Of a stretch of 64,000 nucleotides of DNA, positions 37,657-48,078 are shown piece by piece; the stretch's first letter is position 1, and the number at the start of each line of letters is the position of its first letter. The DNA lies in contig CAIOZA010000019.1 in assembly GCA_903862655.1 (NCBI GenBank), forward strand, positions 6,960 to 70,959, read 5' to 3'. The position numbers were made by a program, and so were the translations under genes. A model generated the notes under the pieces. That model was not told the DNA's origin. It ran no database searches and saw only the letters and a program-made list of their open reading frames with translations. The DNA is from an uncultured Ignavibacteria bacterium. GTDB taxonomy: Bacteria; Bacteroidota; Ignavibacteria; Kapaibacteriales; UBA2268.

Positions 37657-38631
37657 TTAAATCAATGCATTTTGGTGTTTAATTTTCAATTTTTCTAACA
37701 TATCCCTTGTCATTGAGTCAAGATCATAAGAAGGCATCCAGCCCCACTCCTCACGAGCAGATGTATCAACTACAGTATCAGGCCATGAATCAGCAATACT
37801 CTGACGAAAATCCGGCAAATAATCAATTTCAAATCCTGGCATATATTTTTTGACAGAGTCTGCCAGAGTTTTTACATTAAAACTCATTGATCCAAGATTA
37901 AAGCTACTGTGATGTTTAAGATTCTCAACTGGAGCTGCCATCAAATCTATTACTGACTTTAGACAATCCGGCATGTACATCATAGGTAACTTGGTATCTT
38001 CGCGTACAAAGCATGTATATTTATTATTCTTAACTGCTTCGTAAAATATTTCTACTGCATAATCCGTAGTTCCGCCACCCGGTGGAGTTTCTGCAGATAT
38101 AATCCCCGGGAATCTAACACCACGTACATCTAACCCATATTTATTGAAATAATAATCGCAAAGAACTTCTCCTGCAACTTTAGTAACGCCATACATAGTT
38201 GTTGGATGCAAGGGTGAATCCTGCAAAGCATTTTTTGGACAGTCTGGTCCCCAGACAGCAATAGAACTGGGAATAAATATCTGAGCCATTTCATATTTCA
38301 AGCCGAGATTAAGGACGTTGATAGATCCATTCATATTGACATCCCAAGCAAGAGCGGGATTTTTTTCTCCCACACCTGATAGAATTGCTGCCAGATGAAC
38401 AATAGTGTCTATTTTGTAATCATTAATAAGCTTTTCAAAAGTAGCAATATCCTTAATATCCAGAATATGGAAAGGACCTTTGTTCTTCATACTGTCAGAT
38501 GCATCGTGCATATCTGATGCAACTACATTATTTGCACCATACTTCTTTCTCAATTCACCAATTAATTCAGAACCAATCTGCCCCAATCCACCAGTTACTA
38601 ATATGTTCTTAATATCTTTTTTCATAAACAT
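37657..38631 (-). CDS. tdh: L-threonine 3-dehydrogenase, NAD-dependent epimerase/dehydratase (extended SDR) type
   Basis: ILVTGGLGQIGSEL Rossmann motif and Y..K catalytic pair (YGVTKVAGE). Lies 25 bp downstream of kbl in the same orientation. Confidence 0.75.
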   Translation of the reverse strand: MFMKKDIKNILVTGGLGQIGSELIGELRKKYGANNVVASDMHDASDSMKNKGPFHILDIKDIATFEKLINDYKIDTIVHLAAILSGVGEKNPALAWDVNMNGSINVLNLGLKYEMAQIFIPSSIAVWGPDCPKNALQDSPLHPTTMYGVTKVAGEVLCDYYFNKYGLDVRGVRFPGIISAETPPGGGTTDYAVEIFYEAVKNNKYTCFVREDTKLPMMYMPDCLKSVIDLMAAPVENLKHHSSFNLGSMSFNVKTLADSVKKYMPGFEIDYLPDFRQSIADSWPDTVVDTSAREEWGWMPSYDLDSMTRDMLEKLKIKHQNALI

Positions 38632-38656
38632 TGTCCGATACTTATATAATAAATTC

Positions 38657-39901
38657 TTATAACATACCTAATTCTTTACCTACTTTAATAAATGCAGCAA
38701 TTGCTGTATCGACCTGCTCAGGACTGTGCCCTGCTGAAAGTTGCACCCTGATTCTATCTTTTCCTTTAGGAACTACAGGAAATGAAAAAGCGACAACATA
38801 AATACCCTCATCAAGCATTTTATTCGAGAAATCAACTGCAAGCTGTGAACAGTTGGGATATTTTCCAAACATAATCGGGACAATAGGATGCACTCCGGGT
38901 ATAATATCAAATCCAGCTTCCGTTATTGCATTTCTGAATTTTTTTGTATTCTCTTCGAGTTTATCACGCAATTCTGTAGAAGCCATTAATATATCCATGA
39001 CTTTTAGTGTTGCACCAACTGTGGAAGGAGGGACTGTATTTGAAAATAAATATGGTCTTCCTTTATTACGTAACCACTCTACAATTTCTTTATGTCCAGA
39101 AATACATCCACCAGAAGCACCTCCCAATGCCTTGCCAAAGGTAGTTGTTATAATGTCAACTTTACCCATAACATTGTGATGTTCATGTGTGCCACGACCA
39201 GTTTTACCCATGAAACCAGTAGAATGGCTATCATCGACCATCACAATAGCTTTATATTTTTCTGCTAATTCCACAATCTCATTCAGCCTGGCAATATCTC
39301 CATCCATTGAGAAACAGCCATCAGTTGCAATCATTTTGAATCTGCAGCCTGCTGAATCAGCTTCTTTCAGGCATCTTTCCAAACCTTTCAACTCTTTTCC
39401 TGTGGCTTGATCTTCACCAATTTCATCACTCATATTGTTGTGACTGTAAATCCACCTTTGTGCCTTGCAAAGTCGTATTCCATCAATAATTGAAGCATGG
39501 TTAAGTGCATCTGTTATAATTGCATCCTGCTCATTTAAAAGTGGCTCGAATACGGCTCCATTTGCATCAAAGCATGATGAAAACAAAATCGTGTCTTCTG
39601 TTCCCAGAAACTCAGATACTTTGCTTTCCAATTCTTTATGAATATCCTGAGTACCACAAATAAATCTAACAGAAGATAAGCCATACCCCCTGCTATCTAT
39701 TTGATTATGAGCTGCTTTGATTAAATCCGGATGGGATGAAAGACCTAAATAATTATTTGCACAAAAATTTAAAACTTTTTTTCCATTTACAGAAATTTCG
39801 GCTCCCTGAGGACTTTCGATAATTCTTTCGTGTTTGTAGAGTTTTTGATCGTGAAGGCTGGATATTTCATTAACCAAAAATTGCTTTAATGTACCATACA
39901 T
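38657..39901 (-). CDS. kbl: 2-amino-3-ketobutyrate CoA ligase (glycine C-acetyltransferase)
   Basis: 414-aa alpha-oxoamine synthase, class II aminotransferase fold; PLP-lysine region (...TTFGKALGGASGGCISG...). Confidence 0.9.
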   Translation of the reverse strand: MYGTLKQFLVNEISSLHDQKLYKHERIIESPQGAEISVNGKKVLNFCANNYLGLSSHPDLIKAAHNQIDSRGYGLSSVRFICGTQDIHKELESKVSEFLGTEDTILFSSCFDANGAVFEPLLNEQDAIITDALNHASIIDGIRLCKAQRWIYSHNNMSDEIGEDQATGKELKGLERCLKEADSAGCRFKMIATDGCFSMDGDIARLNEIVELAEKYKAIVMVDDSHSTGFMGKTGRGTHEHHNVMGKVDIITTTFGKALGGASGGCISGHKEIVEWLRNKGRPYLFSNTVPPSTVGATLKVMDILMASTELRDKLEENTKKFRNAITEAGFDIIPGVHPIVPIMFGKYPNCSQLAVDFSNKMLDEGIYVVAFSFPVVPKGKDRIRVQLSAGHSPEQVDTAIAAFIKVGKELGML

Positions 39902-40038
39902 AAGTTAACTCATCAGTAAATATAAAAGTATAAATGTTCATTTTAATAAAATCCAATAGCAAAATTAATTAACAATAGTCTTCTAACAAAATTTTTATTA
40001 AGTATTCGACGAATTGTAATCAAGAATTTAATAATTTC

Positions 40039-41952
40039 TTAAAAAAATCTATCAGACCACAGCGATAGTTCTAATAATTGAAACAATTTCAGACCATTGT
40101 TTTGTTTTCCGGATTTATGGTTTTTAAATAACTGTGTTATGTATTCTGTATTAAAGTATTCATTTATCAGTGGTGATGTATTCACGTTATTCAGAGCATA
40201 ATCATACCATTGACCTTTCATCCATTCGTTCACAGGTGCCCAGAAACCCTGCTTGGGCCTGTTGATTATCTCTTTTGGAAGAATTGTTTCAACTGCTTTT
40301 TTAAGTAAGTATTTTGTCGTTTTTTTATCAGGAATCTTCTTATCTGGAGGAATACTCATAACGAATTCAATTAATCTGTAATCAAGAAATGGCACTCTTG
40401 CTTCAATACTATGAGCCATTCCAATTTTATCAACCCTCATTAATAATATTTCAGATAATCGTTGAGCTAATTCTACATAAAAAATCCTCTGCAGGTAGTC
40501 CATATCTGGTTTTTGCTTCAATGCTTCCTGGTGTAGCTCAGAAACATAGTCGGGAGTGATGCTGAGCAAGTTATGGAATCCATTCTTCAACAGTAATTCT
40601 TGCTGAACCGGAGGAAATATAGGCATACCAGCCCAATAATGTTCGTTACCAAATGCAGCTCTGCGGATATAATCCAATTGACCGAATTTTCCCATTGATT
40701 TTAGCATTGGAGATGCTAATTTGAAAGTTGACATCCTGACAGATTGTGGCAGAGCCACAAACCACTTCCAATAACTATGGTAAAAATTATATTCTCTCAT
40801 CATCCAAGGATATCCAACAAAAAGTTCATCACTGCCTTCTCCAACTTGAACAACTGTTGTACCGCTATCTCGAGTAAGCTTACTAAGAAAGAATAATGGA
40901 ATACAAACAGGATCACCATTTGGTTCGTCTTCATACCAAGTCAAATCTTGCAAAACACTAAAGGAGTCGCGCTCATTGATCAAAATTTCATGGTGATGGG
41001 TCTGATAACGATCAGAAATAATTCTTGCATATTTCAGTTCATTATATTTTTCAAGCTCTTCAAATCCGACTGTAAATGTATCAATTGGTCTATCCATTAG
41101 CTCAGCCATTAAAGCAACATTCAAACTTGAATCAATGCCGCCACTAAGAAATACACCAAATGGGACATCACTCATCATCCTGTCTTTTATGGATAATCTT
41201 AAGATTCTCAATATTTCTGATTGAAGTTCAATCTCGTTCAAATCATTGTATCCAGTAAACGAGGATATTGGACTCCAGTATCTTTCAATTTTTAAGTCAC
41301 CATCTGCTGCAAGATGAAGGGAACAACCAGCTGCTAATTTTTTTATTCCTTTGAATAAACTCTCTCGTCGACTGGACATACACCAATTCAGGTAGTTAGG
41401 TAGTTCATTCTGATTAAATTCCTTTTTTACATTTGGATGAAGTAAAATAGATTTTATTTCAGAACTGAATACGAAATGTCCATCCTGATGAGAATAGTAG
41501 AATGGCTTCTTCCCTACCCTATCTCTAGCAGCAAACAATTCTTGCTTATTTGAATCCCAAATAGCAAAAGAAAACATTCCACTTAGTTTGTGAACAATTG
41601 CAGAACCCCATTGTTTGTATCCATTTAAAATTGTTTCTGTATCAGTCTTGGAATGATACTTATATCCAAGATTCTCTAATTCATTTCTAATTTCTAGATG
41701 ATTATAAATCTCACCATTAAAAACTATGGTATATTTGCCGTCTGAAGAAACCATTGGTTGATTCCCAGCTGAGCTCAAATCAATAATGGACAATCTACGA
41801 AAGGCTAATCCACATAATCTATCTTCAGACATCCACATTCCGTCAGAATCCGGACCACGATGCTGAATAATATCACTCATTTTCTTAAGAATATCCGGTG
41901 AGACACTTGAGTTAATATCATTTCTGCTTACTATACCTGCTATTCCGCACAT
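40039..41952 (-). CDS. asnB: Asparagine synthase (glutamine-hydrolysing)
   Basis: N-terminal MCGIAGIV (Ntn Cys2) glutaminase domain and a C-terminal synthetase domain with the SGGIDSS PP-loop; 637 aa. Confidence 0.9.
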   Translation of the reverse strand: MCGIAGIVSRNDINSSVSPDILKKMSDIIQHRGPDSDGMWMSEDRLCGLAFRRLSIIDLSSAGNQPMVSSDGKYTIVFNGEIYNHLEIRNELENLGYKYHSKTDTETILNGYKQWGSAIVHKLSGMFSFAIWDSNKQELFAARDRVGKKPFYYSHQDGHFVFSSEIKSILLHPNVKKEFNQNELPNYLNWCMSSRRESLFKGIKKLAAGCSLHLAADGDLKIERYWSPISSFTGYNDLNEIELQSEILRILRLSIKDRMMSDVPFGVFLSGGIDSSLNVALMAELMDRPIDTFTVGFEELEKYNELKYARIISDRYQTHHHEILINERDSFSVLQDLTWYEDEPNGDPVCIPLFFLSKLTRDSGTTVVQVGEGSDELFVGYPWMMREYNFYHSYWKWFVALPQSVRMSTFKLASPMLKSMGKFGQLDYIRRAAFGNEHYWAGMPIFPPVQQELLLKNGFHNLLSITPDYVSELHQEALKQKPDMDYLQRIFYVELAQRLSEILLMRVDKIGMAHSIEARVPFLDYRLIEFVMSIPPDKKIPDKKTTKYLLKKAVETILPKEIINRPKQGFWAPVNEWMKGQWYDYALNNVNTSPLINEYFNTEYITQLFKNHKSGKQNNGLKLFQLLELSLWSDRFF

Positions 41953-41970
41953 TTCTACATTTCCGTTTGA

Positions 41971-42684
41971 TTAATTCATTAATTCAAGCATTTCCATAAT
42001 TGCTTGTTCCAAACCCACAAATACAGCCCTTGAAATGATAGAGTGACCTATACTTAATTCATTTATCTCTGAGATTGAACTTATCAGTTTAGTGTTCTGA
42101 TAGTTCAATCCATGCCCGGCTGCTATTAAGAGACCATTCTTATGTGCATATTTAGATGATGACTTGACTTTTAAAAACTCAGAATCCATATCGACTTGAT
42201 TAATAGCATTAGCATAAATTCCAGTGTGGAATTCAACCATATCGCCACCTGATGCCAAAACAGCATCGATCTGCTTCATTTCAGGCTCGATGAAAAAGCT
42301 TACTTTAATTGCTTTTTCATGCATTCTATCAACAAGTTTAGTGAATCTATCAATATCACCACTTACATTCAAGCCACCTTCAGTAGTTAGTTCCATTCTA
42401 TTTTCAGGAACTATGGTAACAAGTTCAGGTATGGTTTTTAGGGCAATCTGAATTATCTCCTCATTTGCACCCATCTCCAAATCAAGCTTTGTTGTAACGA
42501 TTTCCTTAAGACGTCTTAAATCTGCATCCTTAATATGCCTTCTGTCTTCTCTCAAATGAGCGACTATGCCCTCAGCTCCAGCTCGTTCCGCAATCATAGC
42601 TGCTTCTACCGGATCCGGTTCAAATCCACCCCTAGCATTCCGAACAGTTGCAACATGGTCTATATTGACATTCAATCTTAACAT
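41971..42684 (-). CDS. pdxJ: Pyridoxine 5'-phosphate synthase
   Basis: MLRLNVNIDHVATVRNARGGFEPDPVEAA...AHLREDRRHI: canonical PdxJ TIM-barrel motifs; 237 aa. Confidence 0.95.
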   Translation of the reverse strand: MLRLNVNIDHVATVRNARGGFEPDPVEAAMIAERAGAEGIVAHLREDRRHIKDADLRRLKEIVTTKLDLEMGANEEIIQIALKTIPELVTIVPENRMELTTEGGLNVSGDIDRFTKLVDRMHEKAIKVSFFIEPEMKQIDAVLASGGDMVEFHTGIYANAINQVDMDSEFLKVKSSSKYAHKNGLLIAAGHGLNYQNTKLISSISEINELSIGHSIISRAVFVGLEQAIMEMLELMN

Positions 42685-42800
42685 AATTTCTCAAATTAAC
42701 TGAATAACATATTACAAAATTAAGATATTTATTGATTTGAAAGGATTAAATCTAAACAAAGTAACAACTCAAATTTTCAGAATTGAAAGTAGCGAGACTA

Positions 42801-44792
42801 TTAATAAAAGATATATTCAACTCTACGATTTTGCTGACGGTAGATTTCTGTTGAGTTTGGACAAATTGGTTTAGATTTACCTAGTCCAACTGTCTTAATT
42901 CTCGACTGATTTATTCCTGATTTTATTAAATATTCTTTTACAAAATTTGCTCGCTTTATTGACAATTGAATATTATCATTATCAGACCCAATATCATCTG
43001 TATGACCAAATAATTCAATACTTATTTCTGGAAAATTCGTAAGATAATATACGATGCTTTCAAGTTCTGGAATATATTTATTTGGTAGCTCATATTCAGC
43101 TAATTGAAATAAAATGTATTTCAATCTATAAACTGAATTAGGTTTAACTCTGGACATAATTAAATTTCTTTCAAAACTTACAGAATCTGATTCAGTCAAA
43201 TCGAATATTTCTGTTATAGGCAGAAAACCAGATTTGAAAGCTTGCAGCACAAATTGCCCTGAATGTTCAAATCTGCATTTATATACGCCGTTTATCTTAT
43301 CAGCAAGAGCTTTTCTAATAACTTCATTTCCATCTAAACTTCTAATAATTATCTCTGATTCAATTGGTTTTCCGGTTGAATCATCTTTAACTATTCCATT
43401 TATTGAAATTAATTTAAAAAGAGATGATTTATCTATAATTTTTGATTTGAAGATATCAGCGTCCCCAATCGAATTATGGTATGAAGATAAATAAACGAAA
43501 TCTCTGTTTGGAGAAATCCTGAAGTACGCATCCCATAATGATGTGCTTATATTTGGACCCAAGTTTTGAGGTATTGACCACTTTGTCCATGACTCATCTA
43601 ATCTTGTTGAAACAAAAATATCCTGCGATCCAAAACCACAGTGACCTTTACTTGAGAAATAGAGAGTTTTATTGTTCGTGTCCAGATAGGGAGTTATTTC
43701 GTCATCTGCAGTATTAATCACATCTCCTAGATTTAGAGGTTCCGACCAGGATGAATCGCTTTCAAGAAAACTGACATATAAATCCATACCACCTGTAGTG
43801 TTCTCTCCTTCTATTGACATCAATAGATATTTTCCATCTGATGAGATAAAATAATCAGCATTTGAATTTATATTCTGATAATTCTTGATGAGCATTGACT
43901 TTGGAGCTAGCCAATTTTTATCGAAAAATATTGAGTATGAAATTCCTTTGGTTACAGAACCATTGTCGTGATATGCATTTGTTAGAAATAATCTTCTTCC
44001 ATCTGGGGTTATCGAAAATGCAGAATTATTAAAAGAATTATTGATTGGTTCTCCCAAATTTTCAGCCATTAAGAAATTACCTTTTCTGTCTATTTTAGAA
44101 ATCCAAACATCTTGTTTATGCGCTGTTCCAAGGTTTTCAGGATGTTTGTCCCTAGTGAAATAAATATATTTTGAATCAGGAGAAATGATTGGTGTTATTT
44201 CAGCGGATTCAGAATTAATATTTGATCCTAAGCTCTCTGATTTATCGAATTTCTTAAAATCCTTTACTAAGTTGATATCCCAGCTTATCAAGTTATTATT
44301 ATCAGACATTCCAACCGCATCTATTTGAGGAATTTTTAAGCTGTCAAATACTAGTTCTAATTTCATACCTTTGACAAAGTAGCCTGTAAGTTCAAATGAT
44401 ATGTTGAATGCACCTGACTCACAATTATTCGATCTGTCGGGATTATTCATAACAATATGCTCGTTTCCTTCAGTATCTATAAGTATTATTTTTTTTACCG
44501 CACCAGGATAGTGATTTTCTACGATGCATATTTGACGTACTTGTTGGTATTTTGAGAATTCAACTTCTATCCATTCTTTTTGATGAATATCTTTCTTTTC
44601 CGGCATCCAAGCACATGGTGTAGTACCAAAACCTGATAAAACGCTCGGACTTCCTAGTATTTGTTTAGCTGCAAATTGCTTATCACCGGCTTGAGATGAA
44701 AAGCCTATGACTTTACTAGCCCACAAAACTTCTGCTTTGGAAAAGTGGTTAAAAATTATCAGAATTAGAATATATTTCAGAAATAATTTCAA
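42801..44792 (-). CDS. OmpA-family outer-membrane/peptidoglycan-associated protein with TolB-like (PD40) beta-propeller repeats
   Basis: Signal peptide. Repeated PD40-like blades (ISPDSKYIYFTRD, ITPDGRRLFLTN, ISSDGKYLLMS, ISPNRDFVYLSS). A carboxypeptidase-regulatory-like beta-sandwich. C-terminal OmpA domain (...ELFGHTDDIGSDNDNIQLSIKRANFVKEYL...). Confidence 0.75.
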   Translation of the reverse strand: MKLFLKYILILIIFNHFSKAEVLWASKVIGFSSQAGDKQFAAKQILGSPSVLSGFGTTPCAWMPEKKDIHQKEWIEVEFSKYQQVRQICIVENHYPGAVKKIILIDTEGNEHIVMNNPDRSNNCESGAFNISFELTGYFVKGMKLELVFDSLKIPQIDAVGMSDNNNLISWDINLVKDFKKFDKSESLGSNINSESAEITPIISPDSKYIYFTRDKHPENLGTAHKQDVWISKIDRKGNFLMAENLGEPINNSFNNSAFSITPDGRRLFLTNAYHDNGSVTKGISYSIFFDKNWLAPKSMLIKNYQNINSNADYFISSDGKYLLMSIEGENTTGGMDLYVSFLESDSSWSEPLNLGDVINTADDEITPYLDTNNKTLYFSSKGHCGFGSQDIFVSTRLDESWTKWSIPQNLGPNISTSLWDAYFRISPNRDFVYLSSYHNSIGDADIFKSKIIDKSSLFKLISINGIVKDDSTGKPIESEIIIRSLDGNEVIRKALADKINGVYKCRFEHSGQFVLQAFKSGFLPITEIFDLTESDSVSFERNLIMSRVKPNSVYRLKYILFQLAEYELPNKYIPELESIVYYLTNFPEISIELFGHTDDIGSDNDNIQLSIKRANFVKEYLIKSGINQSRIKTVGLGKSKPICPNSTEIYRQQNRRVEYIFY

Positions 44793-44863
44793 TATTAATA
44801 AATATTAGTTACTAAAAACCATAATTTTCGTTTAATTTAGTGTTTTGTTAAAACGAAAATATA

Positions 44864-46783
44864 ATGACGATGAAGATAATATCTAAATTGAATCTATCGA
44901 TTATTCTCTTTCTAACAGCCATTACAATATACATAATGACTGCCGCACCGGATCTCATGTTTACAGATTCAGGTGAACTCGCCGGTGTATGCGTAACCTT
45001 GGGTATAGCTCACCCAACAGGTTATCCACTATTCGCCATTATCGGACATTTATTTTCTCTTATTCCTATGGGTTTGAGCAAAATATATCAGCTCAATTTA
45101 ATGGCTTCGTTCTTCACGGCACTATCTTCGGTAGTTTTTTTTCAAACATTACTTATTGTTTTTGAATTAGTCAACAAAAAGAAAAATCAGCAGAAAACTA
45201 AGAATAAACAAAGTCAGGTAAATGAATCAAACCTTTTAGAAAATAGAAATATTCTGCTCATTTCTTTTTTCACATCTTTAATATATTCTTTTGCCACAAC
45301 TGTCTGGCAACAAGCTAATGCTATTGAAGTTTATTCATTACAAGCTATGATGTTTAATCTTGTAATCTGGTCAATTTTAAAATCATCCTCAGCCAAAGAA
45401 AATCAATTCAAATTTTATATTTTTACTGAATTTTTATTGGGGTTAAGTTTTACAAACCACATGCAAACAGTCCTGCTGATTCCGGGAGTCCTATATTTAT
45501 ACTTATTCGGTATCGGAGATTCACATAAATTTGATAAGTTAAAATTTAAAGAAATCCTTTGGTTATTTATCCCATTTGTTATTGGATTGAGTCTTATATT
45601 GTATCTTCCTCTGAGAAGTATGTCTATGCCTGATTTTAACTGGGGCTTTGTTTCAAGAGGCTGGAGTAAGTTCATATATCATGCATCTGGCAAGCAATAT
45701 CAGATTTGGATGTTCTCTGATAGTGCCTCCATATCAACAAATCTTGGTAAATTTTTCTCCCTACTTCCTTACCAGCTTGGCTGGATTGGGCTAGTTCCTT
45801 TTTTGCTCGGAATTTACTTTTTATTCAAGCAGAACAGAAAGTTACTTTTCTTTCTTCTAATTTTATTATTCACTTGTCTATCCTATAGTGTTAATTATAG
45901 TATTCATGATATAGATTCATATTTTCTTCTTGCTTTTATTTCGATTATCCTATTAACTGGGACAGGATTATTTTTTGTAATTTCTAAGTATCCAAAATTA
46001 GTTGCAGCAATTGTAATAATTCCAATAATTTCGCTAATACAAAATTTCGATTCAAATGATAATTCTAAAAATTATCTAGTTCCAGAATATAGCAGAATTC
46101 TTGGAGATAACCTTGAACCAAATGCTATTATTATTTCAGCTCAATGGGATTACTGGTGTTCTGCTTTTTGGTACAAGCAGAAAGTTGAAGGTTACCGACC
46201 TGATGTTGTTCTTCTTGAAAAGGAATTGTTACGTAGAACATGGTATCTAGAGCAATTCAAGAAATGGTACCCAGCAACAGCTAAAACAGTTGAGAATGAA
46301 GTAAATTTGTATCTGGGACAACTTGAATTATTCGAATCTGAGAAGGAGTATAATCCTGTCCTGATTCAGCAGTATTATGTAGGACTAATAAATGCTTTGA
46401 TAGACAAGAACTTTGGTAAAAGACCAATTTATGTTACCATTGATGTGGTAGAGAATCCTACAGATGCAGACATTGCTTCAAAATATCAAAAAATCCCACA
46501 GGGTTTTGCATTTCGACTCGAGAAAGATAATAAAATTTACCAACCTAATCTCGACAAAATTGATATTTCTAAATTCCTTGAATTCAAAAAAGACAGAAAT
46601 AATCATCTTGTAGAGGGCATTTTGAGTGTTGCATCATTAAACGTTACAAACATTGGTCGCTATGCCCAAGCAACGAATAATACAGTAACAGCACGTAAGT
46701 CCTATGAAATGGCTCTGAAGATTGATCGGTCGAATCAAAATGCGCAAATGGGGTTGCAGCAGTTATCGAATATCAGGCAATAG
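44864..46783 (+). CDS. DUF2723 / TMEM260-like polytopic membrane protein (GT-C-fold glycosyltransferase-like) with C-terminal TPR region
   Basis: N-terminal loop APDLMFTDSGELAGVCVTLGIAHPTGYPLFAI is the hallmark of the DUF2723 family (acidic DxGE loop after TM1, then GIAHPxGYPL). About 11 TM helices, then a soluble ~240-aa C-terminal domain. Confidence 0.7.
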   Translation: MTMKIISKLNLSIILFLTAITIYIMTAAPDLMFTDSGELAGVCVTLGIAHPTGYPLFAIIGHLFSLIPMGLSKIYQLNLMASFFTALSSVVFFQTLLIVFELVNKKKNQQKTKNKQSQVNESNLLENRNILLISFFTSLIYSFATTVWQQANAIEVYSLQAMMFNLVIWSILKSSSAKENQFKFYIFTEFLLGLSFTNHMQTVLLIPGVLYLYLFGIGDSHKFDKLKFKEILWLFIPFVIGLSLILYLPLRSMSMPDFNWGFVSRGWSKFIYHASGKQYQIWMFSDSASISTNLGKFFSLLPYQLGWIGLVPFLLGIYFLFKQNRKLLFFLLILLFTCLSYSVNYSIHDIDSYFLLAFISIILLTGTGLFFVISKYPKLVAAIVIIPIISLIQNFDSNDNSKNYLVPEYSRILGDNLEPNAIIISAQWDYWCSAFWYKQKVEGYRPDVVLLEKELLRRTWYLEQFKKWYPATAKTVENEVNLYLGQLELFESEKEYNPVLIQQYYVGLINALIDKNFGKRPIYVTIDVVENPTDADIASKYQKIPQGFAFRLEKDNKIYQPNLDKIDISKFLEFKKDRNNHLVEGILSVASLNVTNIGRYAQATNNTVTARKSYEMALKIDRSNQNAQMGLQQLSNIRQ

Positions 46784-47438
46784 CCAAGCAGGCACAATCT
46801 ACACGTCTTGCTCCTGCTTCGAGAAGTATTGAAGCACAAGCGTTAATAGTTGATCCTGTTGTTAGAACATCATCAACAACCAAATAATTTTTAAGTTTAA
46901 GATCATTTTTTTTTCTTGAAAGCTCAAAAACATCGATGACATTGCTCTGTCGTTCATTCTTGCTCAATTGCGTTTGTGTCTGTGTGTATTTATTTCTTTT
47001 AACTAAAGTTTGAACGGGCACATTTAATTCTTTTGATATAGCTTTTGATATAATTTCAGCCTGATTAAATCCTCTTTCTCGCTTTTTAGCCGAGTGAAGA
47101 GGCACAGGCACAATAGCTGAATAAGAAACGTCAGTATTTTTTATTAGCTCTTTTCCAAGAGTTGAACTGAACTCTTTTCCCACTTTAGTGAATCCAAAAT
47201 ATTTGAGTCCATGAATGATCTGGAGAAAATCTTTTTCATCGTGAACAGAAAATAAGCCATAAACTTTAGAAATAGCGATAGAATCTTTATCAAAGTTTTG
47301 AATAAATCTATCAAATGCTTGATCCACCGTAGGTGGTGATGGAAGAAGAAATTCACATTTTCTGCAAATATGTGAGTAATTCCCTCTTGAATTTTCAATT
47401 AAACAGCCACAAACCTGACAAACAGCAGGTGCCATCAT
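46773..47438 (-). CDS. comF: ComF-family protein (phosphoribosyltransferase domain, competence/GntX-like)
   Basis: N-terminal zinc-finger Cys pairs (CQVCGCL...CRKCEF) and a C-terminal PRTase motif (YLVVDDVLTTGSTI). The start is taken at the internal Met (MMAPAVCQVCG) because the longer ORF to 47552 would overlap the doxX-like gene. Confidence 0.7.
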   Translation of the reverse strand: MMAPAVCQVCGCLIENSRGNYSHICRKCEFLLPSPPTVDQAFDRFIQNFDKDSIAISKVYGLFSVHDEKDFLQIIHGLKYFGFTKVGKEFSSTLGKELIKNTDVSYSAIVPVPLHSAKKRERGFNQAEIISKAISKELNVPVQTLVKRNKYTQTQTQLSKNERQSNVIDVFELSRKKNDLKLKNYLVVDDVLTTGSTINACASILLEAGARRVDCACLAIA

Positions 47439-47464
47439 CTCAAATATAGAGTCCAATATAATTT

Positions 47465-47938
47465 TTACTGGATTGAAGTTTTTTCCAAATTTTTCTGATT
47501 TATATTTTCTACAGAAAATTTCTGCACAGGAAAAAGAAATATATATAAGCACCCAATGAACATCATGGTATTCTCTATAATCTTAGGCCATCCTACTAAT
47601 ACAATTTTTCCGGTAAAACAACCACAGTTAATATTTAATCCCCTTACCATAGCTGAGAAAACGGCAACGATAAAAATTAGCATCAATCCTCCGGTAATCA
47701 TAGCATTTGCTTTTATTCTTACTCCTGCAATAAGTAGAATTCCGACAACAAGTTCAATCCAAGGCATTGCTAACGCCATAACATTAACTATCGATACCGG
47801 CATAATGCTATAATTCATAATTTCTTTTGCAAAAAAAGCAGGATCAGCAGCTTTCCCAAGTCCTGCTAATATAAACAGAAATCCGATTACCAGTCTAACA
47901 ATTAAACTCAGATATTGATTTTCAAATATTTTTTGCAT
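47465..47938 (-). CDS. DoxX/MauE-family membrane protein
   Basis: Four TM helices; LAGLGK motif in the first helix and a conserved C-terminal CGCF motif. Confidence 0.7.
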   Translation of the reverse strand: MQKIFENQYLSLIVRLVIGFLFILAGLGKAADPAFFAKEIMNYSIMPVSIVNVMALAMPWIELVVGILLIAGVRIKANAMITGGLMLIFIVAVFSAMVRGLNINCGCFTGKIVLVGWPKIIENTMMFIGCLYIFLFPVQKFSVENINQKNLEKTSIQ

Positions 47939-48078
47939 TTATTTTCCCTTTAAATAAAATTAGTTAGACACTTAAAACAACAATATATTTGTTGTATTTT
48001 TATACAAAAATATTCAAAATTTCACTATTTAATAAATAATAAGTAATTTTGTTCTTTTGAAACATTTAAACATAAATA

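Noticed and set aside
46773-47552. Long form of the comF ORF (259 aa from the Met at 47552) overlapping the doxX-like gene by ~90 bp
   Set aside because: The N-terminal extension has no ComF-like features, and the overlap with a same-strand upstream gene is unlikely. The internal Met at 47438 just before the CxxC zinc finger is the more plausible start.
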